A DNA stretch of 64,000 nucleotides from Camelus ferus (GCF_009834535.1 NC_045711.1:25110001-25174000), one strand, 5' to 3'. Shown: positions 35,150-49,488, counted from the first letter of the stretch. Made by a program: numbers and translations. The notes: a model not told the origin generated them from the sequence alone.

Positions 35150-37925
35150 GACAGGAAAAAAAAAAGGGTCACAGCATTTCAGACTTTAACACACAAACGG
35201 TCAACAAAGGGCACGCACAAGTGACAGGCATGGTCCCTAAGGTCTGGATCAAAGGCCACGCTGGAGGGTGCGGGTGACTTCTCAGCCCTATTCCCTCAGC
35301 ATCTGTCTGTCCTTGCCTCCTCTGCACCCCACTGACACCCCTGAGATCAGTAACAACGGTGCAGAGACGGAGTCACGCCAGAGGAGGCTGGGCCCCGCCT
35401 CACTGCCAAGAAAGAGCAGGCTCTGAGGAAAAGACAGATGCGTGTTACTGTGTCATCACTTAGGAGATGCCAGGCCGCTCCACAGGCCTGGCCTGCACTG
35501 CCTGTGGCCTCGGACCTGGGCAGACAGTGAGGCAGGGAGATGCTCTGCACGTGGCTGCACTGGGCAGCTGGGAAGTGTGGGTCACTGGTCACGGGATACC
35601 CCCAAGCCAGTGGCCAGACCTCTCTCTGGAGCTATCAGCCAGACTCTCCTGGAGGGAAAAGGCTTCCAAGAAAAAACACCAACTTGGTTCACAACGGGCT
35701 TGGGTACAATACTTTTCCAGAAGCCTTAAGAAACAAATCCTCCTCAGATTTCTGGAGCACTGGAACAACTGAAACCGTCGTCGGGTTGCCATGAGGAGGG
35801 GAGCCTGGTGAAAGAAGCCCTCTAGGAGAGCAGAGAGACCGCCCGAGTCTCAGAGCGCTCAGGAAGGGGCTCACAGTCTTTCCACAGGGCCCACTGTGGA
35901 CCTCTGAGAAACGCACTGGAGCTCATAGTGCATTCTGGTGGCTGGCCCACGGCTGCCCTGCAGCCCTCCTGGCTCCTCCCCACTGGCGTGGACCAGAGGA
36001 TGAGTATAAGGCGAACCCCAGGAAAGCAGATCTGACTGGGCACGAGGTCCCGGATGAAGCTGCTTTCCCTCCTTTCAGTCTGATGTTACTTACTCAAATT
36101 GGCCAAAAAGCACCTCACCCATCATCCTCCGTGCTGCTCTGGTCAGAGCAGCTTTTCCTTGACACACTCAAAACTTTTCTTTTTTCCTGAAAGATGACAG
36201 AATGGATGCCGGGCACCTTTCTGAAGGGGCAACTGCTTTTTTCCTAGGTAGAGGTGCCTCTAACATCACAGCTGTAGAAGTCCTGGGCACCGGCCGGACT
36301 GCAGGGCCGACACGCACCTTCACACTGGTGCGCGGGCGCCCTGTGCACACGTTTCTCTCCTGCTCCGCACACAGAGGATTAAGGTCAGTGTGAGACCCCT
36401 GGAGAGGAGCTATGTCATCTGGGCAGGAGTAGGTCGTAGGCTCAAAAGACAATTGGCACAGTCGACAGTCATTTCCAAAAAACTATGACCCCAGACCCAC
36501 TGAGTGAGCAGCTGAGCTGTGGAGCAGAGAGAATGAACCTCAGCTCCCAAGGTGCCCAGGAGCCATGGGCTTGAGGGGGCATTTATGGATGGAGCAACCC
36601 CCAGGGGCACTGTCCCCTGCTCCAGACCACTGGCCACACTATGAAAGTCATCTGGGGAAAAATAAGGATCCTCTGGCCCCTTGGCATTCCATGACTGCTC
36701 ACCCAGACGCAAAAGCCCAGAGAGCAGGTCCAGTTCTGAGGAGGCTTTGCTCCTTGGCACTCCACAGAAAGAAGTGACGGTGAGGGCTGGGGTCAGAGAT
36801 GCAGGCATCCTCAGGTCGCCCAGCAAACGCACACACACTGCGGGGGATGGTGTGGGGTCACTGACACTGTGGTGACGCAGGCCTGCCAAGGTTAGAAGTC
36901 AGGAAGACACACAAACAAATGTCACGCTTCCAGTCAAGGCCATTTCCAAGGGACGATCACAGAAATGACAACACTTTTGGATACTACAACATAACATATT
37001 TGGCAACTTTCAAAGAAACAGCCGTCCCTACCCCAAGCCATCAACAGAGGGTCCTAAGTCCCTTTATCCTCGGCCGAGTTTAAAAAGTCAGGGAAGGAAG
37101 ATGGGCCAATGGAGGGCAAGAAAAGGCTGCAGAAGCAGTTACACCGATGACCTAAAGCTCCTGTCTGCCTGCCTGCCTGATTCAGTGCAGGATGCTGCCT
37201 GCCTCGAACCTCTTCTCAGGGAGAAAGCAAGCCATCTGGAGGGTCCAGGCTGCTGGAGACAAATGAGGCAAAGCTGAACATGGTAGCAGCTGGGTGCCCT
37301 GAATCCAGAGCTGCCACCCCCAATCTCCAACCACAACCAAGGACACCCCATCCTCCCCCTCCTCAAGGAGGCTTTGCTCATAGGAATGTGGAGTACTCTG
37401 GCAACTGTATCCTTTATCCAAACCTCAGTTCAACCAACTGAAGCTAGAATCCTTTGCATCTGCTGCATTACTTGGGGGTGCACAGGAGGGAAAAGATGGT
37501 GTTACAAAGCGGCTGCAACATTCAACGTGGCACACTCAGGTGAAAACATGGCTCTTTTGTCCACTCCAGCCTCCTTGAAGTACAGCATGTGCAAGGAGCT
37601 GGGCCTTCCTCTTCCCCTCTCCCAGATCCCCAGAAGGGCTCCAACTGGGAACCCAACCCAGCTGCTCTTGTAAAGATTTGTTATAACACTGGCTAAGAAA
37701 ACAAAAGCAGGTTTCTGAAAAGGTATTCTGCAGCCAGAAGCTGCGTGTCTTCAGGTTCCTGTGGGTGGGGGTGGGATTCCTTTGGTTTTGACCAGAACAC
37801 TTCTCCACTGGGGAGGCCAGGCTCAGCTTTGCTTCGCAGTAGCTCGGTTACTGTACAGGAGCGAGATTTAACTTCACAGAGGTGCTCTGCTGCGTTGCTC
37901 TCTTGACAATTTAGGATTCTGGAGT

Positions 37926-37955
37926 TTACATCCGAGATCCTCTCTCCTGAAGAAT
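37926..37955 (-). CDS. KCTD2: KCTD2 exon 6 coding part
   Basis: [12 protein letters not shown]. Acceptor ccccttccAG|. Confidence 0.93.
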   Translation of the reverse strand: MLQERGSRM

Positions 37956-40900
37956 CTGGAAGGGGAAGGTGGGGGAGAGGCCTAAGACCCTGGATGCAGA
38001 CCGTGTTTAGGCTGGGGTTGCTTACCAGACTGCTGAGAGAACAGAAAGAGATTCAGAGCTGCTTTCCACTGGACCCCACCGAGCAGCACAACAATCCCTG
38101 TTACCCCAGGAAGCAGGGCAACCTCCCCTGAAGCACTTCAGTTGCAAAAAACTCTTGCTGAAAGTGGCTGGGCCTGAAGTTTATGTGCTGCTGGACCACT
38201 TCGCCCATGCTAAAGGACACGGTTCAAGCTCATCGCATACTGATGATTTGGAAGCATGTGTGGGTGTGTGTGTATGAGGGAGCACCATGGAAGAAGAAGA
38301 GGTAACAGTGTACAGAAATTTTCCAGTAACTTAAGGGAGCAAGGGGGGAGTCACAAAGGTAACCAAGTATCTTTTCTCTTGAGATAGCAAAAAAAGAGAA
38401 CAATTTCAAAAAATAAAGGCAAAATACTTTCTGATTTTCAGTTTCAGAATCCTCACCTTATAGTAGTTAGCGGCCATAAGCTTTTCTGTTTCATTGATTT
38501 GACAGGGGCTGGGACGAGACTGCCCTATTTCAGTTCACGTGTCCTAAGTGAAAACCTGTCATTGCTCCAAAAATCCCGAATTCAAGTGCAACAGTCAAAA
38601 GGCCAAAATGAAGGGGAAATGTAAAGCTGGCTTGAAAAGGAAAGGGAAGAAACAGCGAGCAAAAGTTCAGGCAAGGCCCGTGCAGGGGCTGGGAACAGAG
38701 TCGGAGACAAAATTCAGGCGAAGTGACTTACCTTTGCCTTTTCGCTCGGCTCTATGACGATACCATTGGTAGAATTATTTAGTTCTCTGGAGACAACACA
38801 GAGGAATTCTGCCTGGTCCTCATTTCCATAGTTATAGGAAGATCCAATGCTGATTAGCTGATAAAACGAGAATATGGTGAACACACAAATGGTGTCTTAA
38901 AATACTAAAGTGCCAGACAACCAAGCCCTCCTCCTGACTGAAATTTGTAGTTTTGCTTCTCAAAGGATGAAGAAGTCTCCGGACCCTTCACAGCCTTGGG
39001 GGATAACAGGATCCCACTCACTCATCAGGGTGTCGTGGACAAGGTTTCCCCGAAGAAGAAAAGTGTGAGTTCTGGACCTGTCTCCCTTGCCCAGGCACTT
39101 GAAACAAGGCTAAAGGCAGCAGCCAGGATTACCACGATCACCTTCTCTCAGGCAAACGCTGAGGGGAAACAGAATGTTTCTGTGAATGAAAATGGACACC
39201 TGTTTCTGCCAGAACACCTACACAGAGCTGGCTCATCTTTAGGCAGAAGTCCTAGCCAGGGGGCCAGCACTCGGGAGGCTCTGGGAAGCACCAAGCGAGT
39301 CCCTGAAGAGCTACCATAGGTCAAATGCTGCTGGTACTTCTAATCTTTTTGGAGAATTGAATTCAAGATCTCGTCTAAGTAGGAAATCCACAAGCAGAAG
39401 GAGACTCTGAGCTGGAGAGTGAGGTCATCCGGCAGGTCTGTAAGGCCTCACGTCGGGAGACCACGAGCGAGTTGCCCTATGACCGGGCTGCGGACACCTC
39501 AGCCTTCCTGCGCCTTAACTTCCTCATCCATGTAATGGAGTCAGTGGGAGCACACCGTGTCCTCCCACAGGACGTTCATAAGTTGAAAAAAAATTAAAAA
39601 TAAAAAGTTATTCATCAGTTTCACAAAGAATACTTAAAGTTTTTAAAATATCCTTTGCTTAAAACTTTGCACCAGGGAAAATACTTCTGGAGTGGAAGCA
39701 TGGCAGCATTTTGCAGCCGACACCTGAACAAGAACTGGGCCGACACGAACAGAGCTGATTCTGTGTGGAATCATCCAGTGTCGGCTCTGAAGACAGAGAA
39801 ACCTGTCTGTTTATCTGTAACATAATACTGTGAGCACAGAGAGCAACTTTTATTTAAGAAGGTAAGCTCATGGTGACAGTTCAACTGACCTCTTCAACTC
39901 TACATAAAAACAGGCGTGATTCACTCAATTTATAAGACAGTCACCCTGTTCATGCTCAGCCTCCCCATGTCTTGAAGACAACAGATGAACAATTCTGCCA
40001 TCTAATGGAAGAAAGCAGTAAAATCCTGCTCTCAGACCCTTTGTTCTGATGCCTCGATCGTGAGCATAAAGATGAAGAACAGAAATCGACTGACAGGAAA
40101 TGACCACGGCTGAGCCTTTCACATCGCACCTGCGCACAGCGCTCTGTGTGGAGGGCAGTGCACGCGCTCAGGATGGCGCGGCGCTGACCCGGGGTAAGCA
40201 AAGGGAGGGCTGCTGCTGAACTCGAGTCTTCTTTACGTGCTTATTCTAGGATGTGTCAACAGAGCACTTCTGGAAGGAATACCTCTGAGGAGGGGAGAGA
40301 AAAATCCCAGAGAGGCACTTTCAAGCCTAAACAAGCTGGCTGGCAACCTCTGGGCACAACTGAGTCAAAATTCTGGCTACGAAGCTGTTCTCAGTTCTCC
40401 CCACTCACCACGTCCAACTGTGCAAAGAATCACATGGGGTGGTTCTCTTTTCCCTTTTTTTTCTTTTGGGTGTCGGGGAGGTCATTAGGTCTGCTTATTT
40501 ATTATTAGTTTTTGTTTGTTTGTTTTTGATGGCAGACTGGGGATTGAACCCAGGACCTCGTGTGTGCTAAGCACATGCTCTCCCACTTGAGCTATACCCT
40601 CGCCCCTCTTTGCTCCCGTTTTTGAAGAGGATCACACCCAGCCCTACCCAACTCCTAGCATGATTAACTGGCTACAGATGATGACTTGGAAGAGTGTGGA
40701 CTCCTAGGCTGACACACAGGGCTGCTACCACTTAAGAAACATTACCTGTTCAAATTTCCAACCATCAGACATCGTGGACACCATCTGCGTGAGCTCCTCT
40801 TCTTGGCACTGCAGGACCCTGTACACGTGCTTCACGGGGCCCTGCGACAACCACAGAAAGACTGTGAAGAACGATTTTCAAGGACACAACGGTTTGCAGC

Positions 40901-43900
40901 TGCCTCAGTGAAGCTCTTCAAGAGAACAGACACTGGAAAGGAGTTTCACATTTTTTTTCCCTTGGCAGCCACCCACTGTCCCCTTTACAAGCAGCTGTCG
41001 TTTTTCAATAAAAACTTATCCAAGGAAACAAAGAAAATAAAGGGTCCAAAAACATGAATCAGTAGGTAAAATAATCTTGCACTTCAGAGGGATGAATCAT
41101 GCGAGAAATTTCCTAAAGTAGAAAGTAAGAGTAAAATTACTTAGGACACGAAAGTCACATTTTGTCCTGAAGTCATTATAGGAGACACACATGCTGGAAA
41201 TGCAGACCATATTTTGGTTTATTCGGGGTGATACCTTATTATGGGAATGATACAGTAAATTGGGGTCCCATAATGTACAACTTTTCAAGCTATTTACCTT
41301 CTCCTGGTGTTACCTGGAAGTCAAAGTGTTTCTGTGTTACACGGTAATACTCCTACTACAGAAGTATAGTATGATAAAAAACAAACATTTGGCCTTTGTC
41401 CCTGGTTCCTGGCACAGAGCTCCCAAATCCTTTGGAGTCTCTTGAGTGACAGCAGTGTCTTTTGTTTGTTAATGAGCTGGTCACCAGAAAGAGCAAGCCT
41501 GTGATTAAAGGGTTAGAACTTTCAGCCCCACCAGAGGGGCTGGAAACTGAGTTCCATCACCAAAGGCCAATGATATAATCAACCTTTCCTACCTAACGAA
41601 AAATCCTTAAAAACCCCTAAGTGACGGGGTTCAGGGAGCTTCCAAGTTGACAAACACATCCATGTGCTGTGTGGGTGGTGCGTGGCGAATGCTAACTACA
41701 CAGACGGAGGCTCCTGCCCTCAGGACTCATTAGGACCTCACCCTATGTATCCCTTCATCTGGCCGTTCATTTGCATCTTTCATAATCAACTATATTAGCA
41801 GGTGTAGCATTTCCTGAGTTCTATGAGTTATTCTGGTAAATTACTGAATGTGAAGGGGGCACTGTGGGAACCCTTGAATTTGCAGGCAAGTTGGACAGAA
41901 GAGCAAGTAACCTGGGGACCTAGGACTTGTGACTGGCGTCTAAAGTTAGGGCATCTTTGGGACAGAGCCCTGAGACCTGAGCAGTCTGACGCTGATTCTG
42001 GGTGGTCAGTGTCAGAAGAGGATTGATCTCTTGGTCACCCAGTTGGTATCAGAGATTCAGAGAGACGTCATTTGCTGGCCAGACTCAACTCTCTAGAACA
42101 TAAGCCAGAATCCAAAAGGCTGAGCAACCAAAATGGGTGCCCCAAAGCTTTATCACTAAGGCCCCTACACTTTACCCACAGGAGAAGCCCTCAAACCTGT
42201 GATGTAGCCCACAGGGGACGAGAAGCCAGTCACGAGAGGGTGGGGGTGGCTGGGGAGGCACACTCGCCAGATGGAGGCTCCCATTCACAGGACAACTGCA
42301 GGCTCATGGGGGGACTCAGTGTTCAGCGATCTGGGGCCACTCAGTGTTGGGTCCAACAGCCGCACATCCACCGCCCATCTCAAAGGGCATGTGGCACAAA
42401 CAGCAACCCAGGTTCATAACAGTGATGCCCGGTCATGGAGAGAAGAGTCAGTTATGCTCAATACGATTTTAAGAAAATACAGGCTATTTCTTCAAGAATG
42501 ATGAAAATTTTGCATTTTTTCAATAGGGCAAGTTGGCTTCAGCTTTCTGAAAAACTAGTTTTAGAGCAACTTGAGAAATACGGGATGAATAAAAACAGCT
42601 ACTGATTACTGAGTGCTACAAGCCCCAAGGGTGACACCCTTCTCCTCTAATCTTCAGGGCAGTCCCGGAAGGCAGGTGCTGGCTTCCTTCTACACGTGGG
42701 ACACGTCGGACACTGGTGTTCAGAGCACAGTGTCTTGTGCAAACTGTACAGCAATTAAGTGGACTGGCTAGGACTTGAGCCCAGGTCTGCCTGACAACAC
42801 TATGTTTTTTCTTCTATACTTTGTCCTTCTAAACGTGGTACAGCTATTATCAAACAAGGTACTAAGGTTAAAAAAAAAAAAAAACTCCTTCCATATAAAA
42901 CAGCACAGGACAAATCTGACGATTTCAATTACTCTAACCATGTGTTTCAGAAACAACCAGGTGTTCTGTATTATCAGATACAGAGCATCACAAAAGACCT
43001 GAGAGCGGCCACTGCTGTCAAAGCCCCAGGTATTTAAGATAACTGCACTGCCTCTCTTTTAGCTTTCTCTTCCAAAGTAAACCACTGGTGCTCTCAAATG
43101 CACCAAGATTAATCACCTAGCCAAAAGGTATTACCAGAGTAGCAGAATGGTGGAAACCATCTGAAAGAGATGTGAAGGCACTGAAAAAAGGTGTGGTAGA
43201 TGCTCCATATCTTGGGCTTCACCGGAATGTCCGCCAGGTGTGCCTCCTTTCAGTGCAGACATGTTAGAGGAGACAATGTGCTTGAAGGGACAGTCACGGA
43301 AATCCATGCTCAGCCTTACAGCCACGTGGGACAAAGGCAAAAGAGGACATCCCTGAACAACATCAAATCCAATGCCCAGAGTTTCACTAAATAAAGAGGA
43401 CAGATGGAAAGATCAATTAACATCAAAAGGGGCTTGACATTCCTAGAGTAAAAAAGCTTCCAACTGGGTATAAATCCACCAGCCTCAGAATCCAGAGGCT
43501 TAATTAACTTAATTGCTGTCATCAAACAGAAACCTTACAATGCTCTCAAGGAACTAGCTATGGCAAAAAGCTGAGTGTTCAGGTACCATGATTTGAATGA
43601 TTTCAAATTATATAATCTATGGTACCACCAAAATTTATACTAAGCAATCAAAAGTTTTTTTTTTTTTGGAATGTGGAAAACTGAGGATAAGGCTAGGTTT
43701 TCAGAATATCTAGGCTATTACGTATCAGTAATAGTGACAGATGTCATGAGATGGCAAAGAGACTGGTGACACTAGATTATATTTCGTAACATAATCTGCA
43801 AACTAACCACAAATTCATCTTTGAACATTAAAAAGGAGGCTTTCAGCCACTGACCAGATGGAAGAGAACTAAATAAGTCCTTCTCTCCACCTTTGCAAAG

Positions 43901-46900
43901 TGCTGGAGATAAGACAACTAAGAGAGTTAATTTTTAATCACAGGTGTCAGATATTTATCCAGATAATTTCATTCAGAGCCAAAAAGTTTTGATACATGAA
44001 GTCTAACACAGGAAGGGCAAGGAATTACTTTTTGCTTTTGAAAAGAAACATATTGCCTTCTTCTTATTTGCAGGAAAATTCTACACTGCATTAGATTAGA
44101 TCTCAAGAAAGCATCCACCACCAGCATCTGATAAGAGGTCCTTCAAGCTAGAGTTCCACTCTGCCCCCCCTTAACTGCAGCTAAACTTTCTTACAATAAA
44201 GCCTAACTACATGAAAGAGTGTTTTTCCTGCTTGACCTTAAGCTTCTTGAGGGCATGGACCTTCTTCTATCAGTCACAGAATCACAGGGGCCTAACAGAA
44301 GCTACTGGGGCCACTTACTTAAGACACAGGATGGGTGGTGTGACATGAAATAAGCTAAGTGTGCTTTACTGCCTTCCCTTCTCAAGCTAGGTGGCAATTT
44401 TTTTTTTTTCAAAACCAGAATACTTATTGCATGACTAATCATTGTTTTCTTTTGTTTTTTGCTTTTCTTAAATTTTTTTTTTATTTTTTGGAGGGAAGGT
44501 AATTAAGGTTTAGTTATTTATTTTTCGGAGGAGGTACTGGGAATTGAACCCAAGATCTTGTGCATGCTAAGCATTCACTCTACCACTTGAGCTGTACCTT
44601 CAACCCTTAGATGGCAAATTCTGTGTTTGATTTTTGTTACTGTATCTACTCGGTTAACATAAAAATCTAGACTCTATAATAAAAAGAGAAGCTTGGCATT
44701 ATTTTCTTAGAAGCATGATTCATACATAAGCTGCTTCTGCGGTCTCTGCCATGAGACTGGTTTTAAGCAGCACTCAGGAGCTGGATGTAACATGGTCACA
44801 CTCTAAAGGCTGGTCCTAACAGAGAAGCCAAAAGGCGGAAGCAAGACCTCTTCTGGCCTCCGTGTGGGCATCTCCCAGACAGACTCTTTGTTGGAAAGAA
44901 CAGGCTTTGAACCTAAACTACTGTGGCTCCTCCCACTGCCGGCTGGCGAGCAGCCACAACCTCCTGTTCTTCTAAAGGGACAAGGGGCTGTTTCATTTTC
45001 CATGTGATTTTCTTCTTCTCTTATTTCCTTGTTCTGAACGAGTCTGGCGGAGTATCGCTGGCTGTCTGGCAGGCAGGCAGGCAGTGTTCCACACAGCCCT
45101 CTGCGTTAAGGGGAGAGGCAGGGCTCTCGCCCAACACATCACCCACTTCAAATCACACCCAGACGCGTGGACAAAGAGAGGCTCTTGAGATACTTTCCCC
45201 TGAACCCATCACCTGTGAAGTTCTGTTCTCGTTGTCCCGTATCCTTTCCTTAACCAGTCGCACAAGAGATGCGATGTTGTAAAACTCGGCTTCTTCCAGC
45301 ACACCTAAAATGGGAACCAACATGCAGTCAGATGTGTGCCAGTTCCCCTAACACAGCAGGAAGAGGCTGGAGTTGACAGGCTTGCTAACAAGCTACATTT
45401 TTTCAAATGTAAGTCTAGTCTGTCTCTTTTCAGCCCGGGAAACTTTCTTTGCTGTTTGGTGTGTTACCCATGACCTTTTTCCCAACGTGAGTGAGTGAAG
45501 CACAAAGGTCTGCTCTGCTTACCCCGTTATATCCCTGCAGCTTCCCACCTGGCACCTTCCCCCCAGCTCTCCCTGCACCTGTCCATTAGCTGCAGGACAC
45601 CTTTACCAGGTGTCACTTAGTCCCTGGAACTAGCCCCTTTAGACAACTCTTGAGCTTGCAATTTTTACCCAGTTTGTCCTAAAAATGACCAAAAGGGTGC
45701 GTATGTGTGTGCAAAATTTATGAGAACCAAATACACTAAGATGCTGATGATGTGAACAGTATAAAAGGCAGTCACTGAAAGAATCCCACGCTAAACAAAA
45801 ATCAACCAATCCTGAGACAGGACAACTAGATGGGGTGTGGGATCCTGTACCAGGGAAAAAATCTGCTATAAAGACCTTTATTGGAACAATTGACAAAATC
45901 AGAATACAAGCTACACAGTATTTATCAATATTAAATTTCTGGAATTTGATAACTATACTGTGGTTACATGAGAGAATGCCCTTGTTCTTGGAAAATATAC
46001 ACTGAAGCATTAAGGGATGAAGTCTGTAATCTAGTCTCAAATAGTCCAGAAATGAAAACTGCGGAAAGGGGAGAGGAAGAATAGGGGGGAGGAGGAGGAG
46101 GAGAGAGGATAAATGAATGACAATGCAAATGTGACCAAAAAATGTTAAAAATTGGTGAACCTGTGTAAAATGAGTTCTTTGTACTATTCTTGCCCTTTTC
46201 TCTAAGTTTGAAATTATTTCAAAATAATTTTTTTTTAAATGGCATTAGAAAAGATGCATAACAGTCCTATTTTCAAGAAACAAGACTACCCATGAGTTGG
46301 TAATTGTTGAAGCTGGATGCTGGGTGAATGGAATTTATTGTACTAATCCCATTACTTTGTATGCATTTGAAATGTCAAAAAAGGTGGGGGGGCATTAAAA
46401 TTGGGGGGAGGTGATTCTTCTTTTGACTGGTTGAAACAGCAGTGTTCTGCAGCCACTTCATTAACTAGCACAGCCATTACAGCTTTCTTATACAGAGTTA
46501 AAGCTCCCAGATCAGGGTGTCCTGGATTTAGGGACAGGACCCATTCAATCTTCAACTGAATGCCTCAATGAGACCACGATAGCCTTTCAGAAAGATGTCT
46601 AGACCCACTGACGTCCAAATGCCCTACAAACCAAAAAGATGAGTCAACTAACGATGCACCTGACAATGGGCTGGACGATGAATTAGGTCAGCTGCAAAAA
46701 TTTACAAGGAAGCATGAGACCAGTCCTACAAGAAATGAGGCCAAGCCTTTATTATTTTTCTTACAGCTGCAAGTTCAAACTAAAATTGAAAGGATAAATA
46801 ACTATGTGTCAGAGATTTGCTGCTCCAGGCTGTAGACATTCACTGCTAGTAATAACTAAATGTAAAAAGGGATCCTGACAATTCTGCAGGTTCAGAGAAA

Positions 46901-49165
46901 ACTCTGGAGGCTATTTCCAAAACTGAGTTCTCTTCCTTCTCATGAAGGGGGCTGAAGAGGGCCCAATGGGGCTCCTTCTAGACCCCCTCAGACCAGACTA
47001 GGTAAGTGGAGGCTCCCTACTTACTTTCATAAACCTTTGCTACATTTGCACATGAGCTGGATGAAAAGCTTAAAACTCAAATCTGTGAAACAGATTTTAA
47101 AGACTGGACCTGAACTTTGAAAATGCCCATGCAAGCACTGTTCTTACCTTCTTCTGCCAACTCCTTCGTGATGATGAGTTTCCCATGGCGGAGGTAGTTG
47201 AGGATAGGACCGAAGTAGGTGGGGTCCCTGTCAATCAGATAGGCCCCTGTCTCGTCCTGCCAACCAAACATAAGGGTATCACTGCTGAGCTTTCAGACTA
47301 AATCAGGGCAGCATTTCAAACTCTGTCACAATTCACCAGTGAGAGGGCAAGTTTTGCTAGATGTTTATAACAAACTATTGGCAAGAGGGCCACCTTTAGG
47401 TATCTTGTACTTTAAGATCATTTCAGGGAGGGTGACAAATGTACATCTAGGTGGTAACTTGAACTTCTAAAGTCTTTACTTGGACACAATTACCAACATT
47501 CTTCTTTTGGGATGTTCGTCTTAAAGAAACGGAGGAAGAAAATGCCATAGTTGCATGATCTAAATTTTTGCTTGAGATGGACATTCTGACTCCTCTATTG
47601 TCCCCAAATCACATTCCTAATTCTAAGAAAACCTCTGTTTAGTTGGCAATGCTCTTGAGCTCAGGGCCAACTTCAGTGGGAGTCTGCACTAGCAGCTGTA
47701 ATTCACACACCCCAGCTCTGTGCTCAAAGGAAGCTTGGCACTGCCAGGACTTGGCTCTGAGCAGTTTTAATCCTACTCATCTTTACAGTAAAGGGAACAA
47801 GAAGAAACTGGCTTCAACTGCAACAAGGAAGATTTAGGATAGATAAAAATAATTTCTTTTTAAGCAAGGGTTTTGGAAACTCTTTACAGTTAGGGCAGGA
47901 CAGGTTTATTACAGGAAAGGTAGATGAATAAATAGAATTGACCAATGTTTACCCACCCCCAATTCTGTTGCAAGGTAACAGCTGAGTGCTATACGGGATA
48001 TAATGTGGTGTAAGCAATGGTCAGTGCCTCTAAGCTGGAAACTAAAAGATGAATGTGTAAAGTTAAAAAAAAAAATTCAAGCAACAGCTCAAACTGGAAA
48101 TGGGTTAAGTGTCTTGTCACCTCTCAACTCTTTGGTTAGCAGCCATGCATCCTGCCCAAGGGCACTTTTGGGTCTTCATTTTCTCTGGTCTTAACGGGTC
48201 AGCTTAGGTTTGCACCGGCAAATGATAACCTATTTCCAAGGAATGTACTGGATCTCAAATACAAACCTAAAACAGTGACAGTTACCAGATATGAGCTCAG
48301 GGACCAGGAGCGCAGGAAAAGAAGTGTGATACCATGAGAAGCACTTCCTGCAGCTGTCAAAGCCGTCATCAGACCCAGGCTTTCACCCAACTTGGCAAAG
48401 CGGTCCGAGAAGAACTCTGAGAAAGCTACAAAGATGTCTTAGCTCACCCTGACCCAGTTCTGGATGCATCTGGCACAGGAGGTGAGGGGCTGACAAGGAG
48501 CCAGGGAAAAACTCATCCAGACCCGAGGGGCTGGGATGACAGACGCAGAGAGGAACACGAAGAAGAGGTGTGGAGTGCGTTTTCGAGGGTGAGGGTGGGC
48601 AAGGAAGCCGCTGAGAACGAAGGGCGGGGTCAGAGAGAGAGCCTTGGTGAGCCTGAGGATGGGGGAGAATAGCCCCCAGAGTTCGTCTGGAGGGGAAAGA
48701 GGAGGAGGAGGGGGCCCTAGCCCGCGGTGCCCGCCGGTGAGAAGCGTGTCGCAGGAATCTGGGGGAAAAGCCTAGGAGGAAGTAGGGGGTCCGAAGGCCG
48801 GGGGCGCGCCCAAGGGCGGGGCGCACCTTGTCTGAGTCCAGCTCCGGGTCCTCCTGGCAGCAGAGGCGGCAGAGAAAAGACTTGGGCTCCCGGCCTAGCG
48901 TCTGCCTGGTGGTCACGAAGTAGGTGCCGCCCACGTTCAGCCGGACCCAGCGGGCAGCCCCACCGCCCCCTGCCCGCTCGGGCGGTCCGGGACCCGGCTC
49001 CAGCGGCTGCGCGGTGGCGGTGGGCGGGCGGCTGTGCCCGCGGAGCGTGGGGCCAGCGGGGCGAGGGCTCGGGGGACCGCGGCCTGGGCCGCCCCCTTCG
49101 CCTAGCCCGCTCCCGCCACCCCCTCCCAGCCCCGCCATCGCCGGGTCCAGCTGCAGCTCCGCCAT
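37926..49165 (-). CDS. KCTD2: BTB/POZ domain protein KCTD2 (CUL3 adaptor family), spliced CDS, 263 aa
   Basis: join(49165-48827, 47256-47148, 45304-45213, 40841-40746, 38857-38732, 37955-37926) = 339+109+92+96+126+30 = 792 nt, all [14 protein letters not shown]...[18 protein letters not shown]...ILQERGSRM*. Confidence 0.97.
38732..38857 (-). CDS. KCTD2: KCTD2 exon 5
   Basis: [42 protein letters not shown]. Confidence 0.95.
40455..40606 (-). mobile_element. tRNA-Ala-derived camelid-type SINE in KCTD2 intron 4
   Basis: ctggggattgaacccaggacctcgtgtgtgctaagcacatgctctcccacttgagctataccctc on + strand. Confidence 0.9.
40746..40841 (-). CDS. KCTD2: KCTD2 exon 4
   Basis: [32 protein letters not shown]. 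Confidence 0.95.
41345..42055 (+). mobile_element. ERVL-class solo LTR, MER21-like, in KCTD2 intron 3
   Basis: tttgtccctggttcctggcacagagctcc, ggccaatgatataatcaa, ggggttcagggagcttcc and gtgggaacccttgaattt resemble the recalled MER21 consensus. Confidence 0.75.
44401..44606 (-). mobile_element. tRNA-Ala-derived camelid-type SINE with an extended 3' tail
   Basis: Standard head and tail plus 35 nt of extra sequence and a second poly(A); degenerate TSD at 44387-44400 and 44607-44620. Confidence 0.88.
45213..45304 (-). CDS. KCTD2: KCTD2 exon 3
   Basis: [31 protein letters not shown]. Confidence 0.95.
45790..46380 (+). mobile_element. L1MC/L1MD-type 3' end fragments
   Basis: ttaaatttctggaatttgataactatactgtggttacatgagagaatgcccttgttcttggaaaatatacactgaag. 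Confidence 0.7.
47148..47256 (-). CDS. KCTD2: KCTD2 exon 2
   Basis: [36 protein letters not shown]. Confidence 0.96.
48827..49165 (-). CDS. KCTD2: KCTD2 exon 1
   Basis: MAELQLDP...PELDSDK. Donor AAG|GTGCGC. Confidence 0.96.
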
Positions 49166-49434
49166 CTTGGGCCGCCGCCGCCGCCGCTGCCCGCGCGCCG
49201 CCGGGCCGGCCCATCTCTCGGCAGGGAGAGCCGGGCCAGCCCATCGGCGGGGGTGGGGCCTGGGGGGGAGGGACGGGAGCGCCCCCAACCAGAGCACGGG
49301 GACCCGCGCGGTGGAGGCGCTGCACCGCCTTCGGAGGAGGGATTTCCGGAACCAGTCCTTGTCTCTATTGGCTGACCTGCGAAACAGGGCCCGCCCCCTT
49401 GGCTTTGAGGTTGGCTGAGGGGAGGCTTTCCGGT

Positions 49435-49488
49435 GACCCACTTCCGTTCCTCACTGCTGTGGACTGTCTGCAGCCGGGGTCGGTGAAG
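49435..49488 (+). other. ATP5PD: ATP5PD non-coding exon 1 (start approximate)
   Basis: ...cagccggggtcggtgaag|GTGAGT; resembles the recalled human 5' UTR. Confidence 0.75.
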
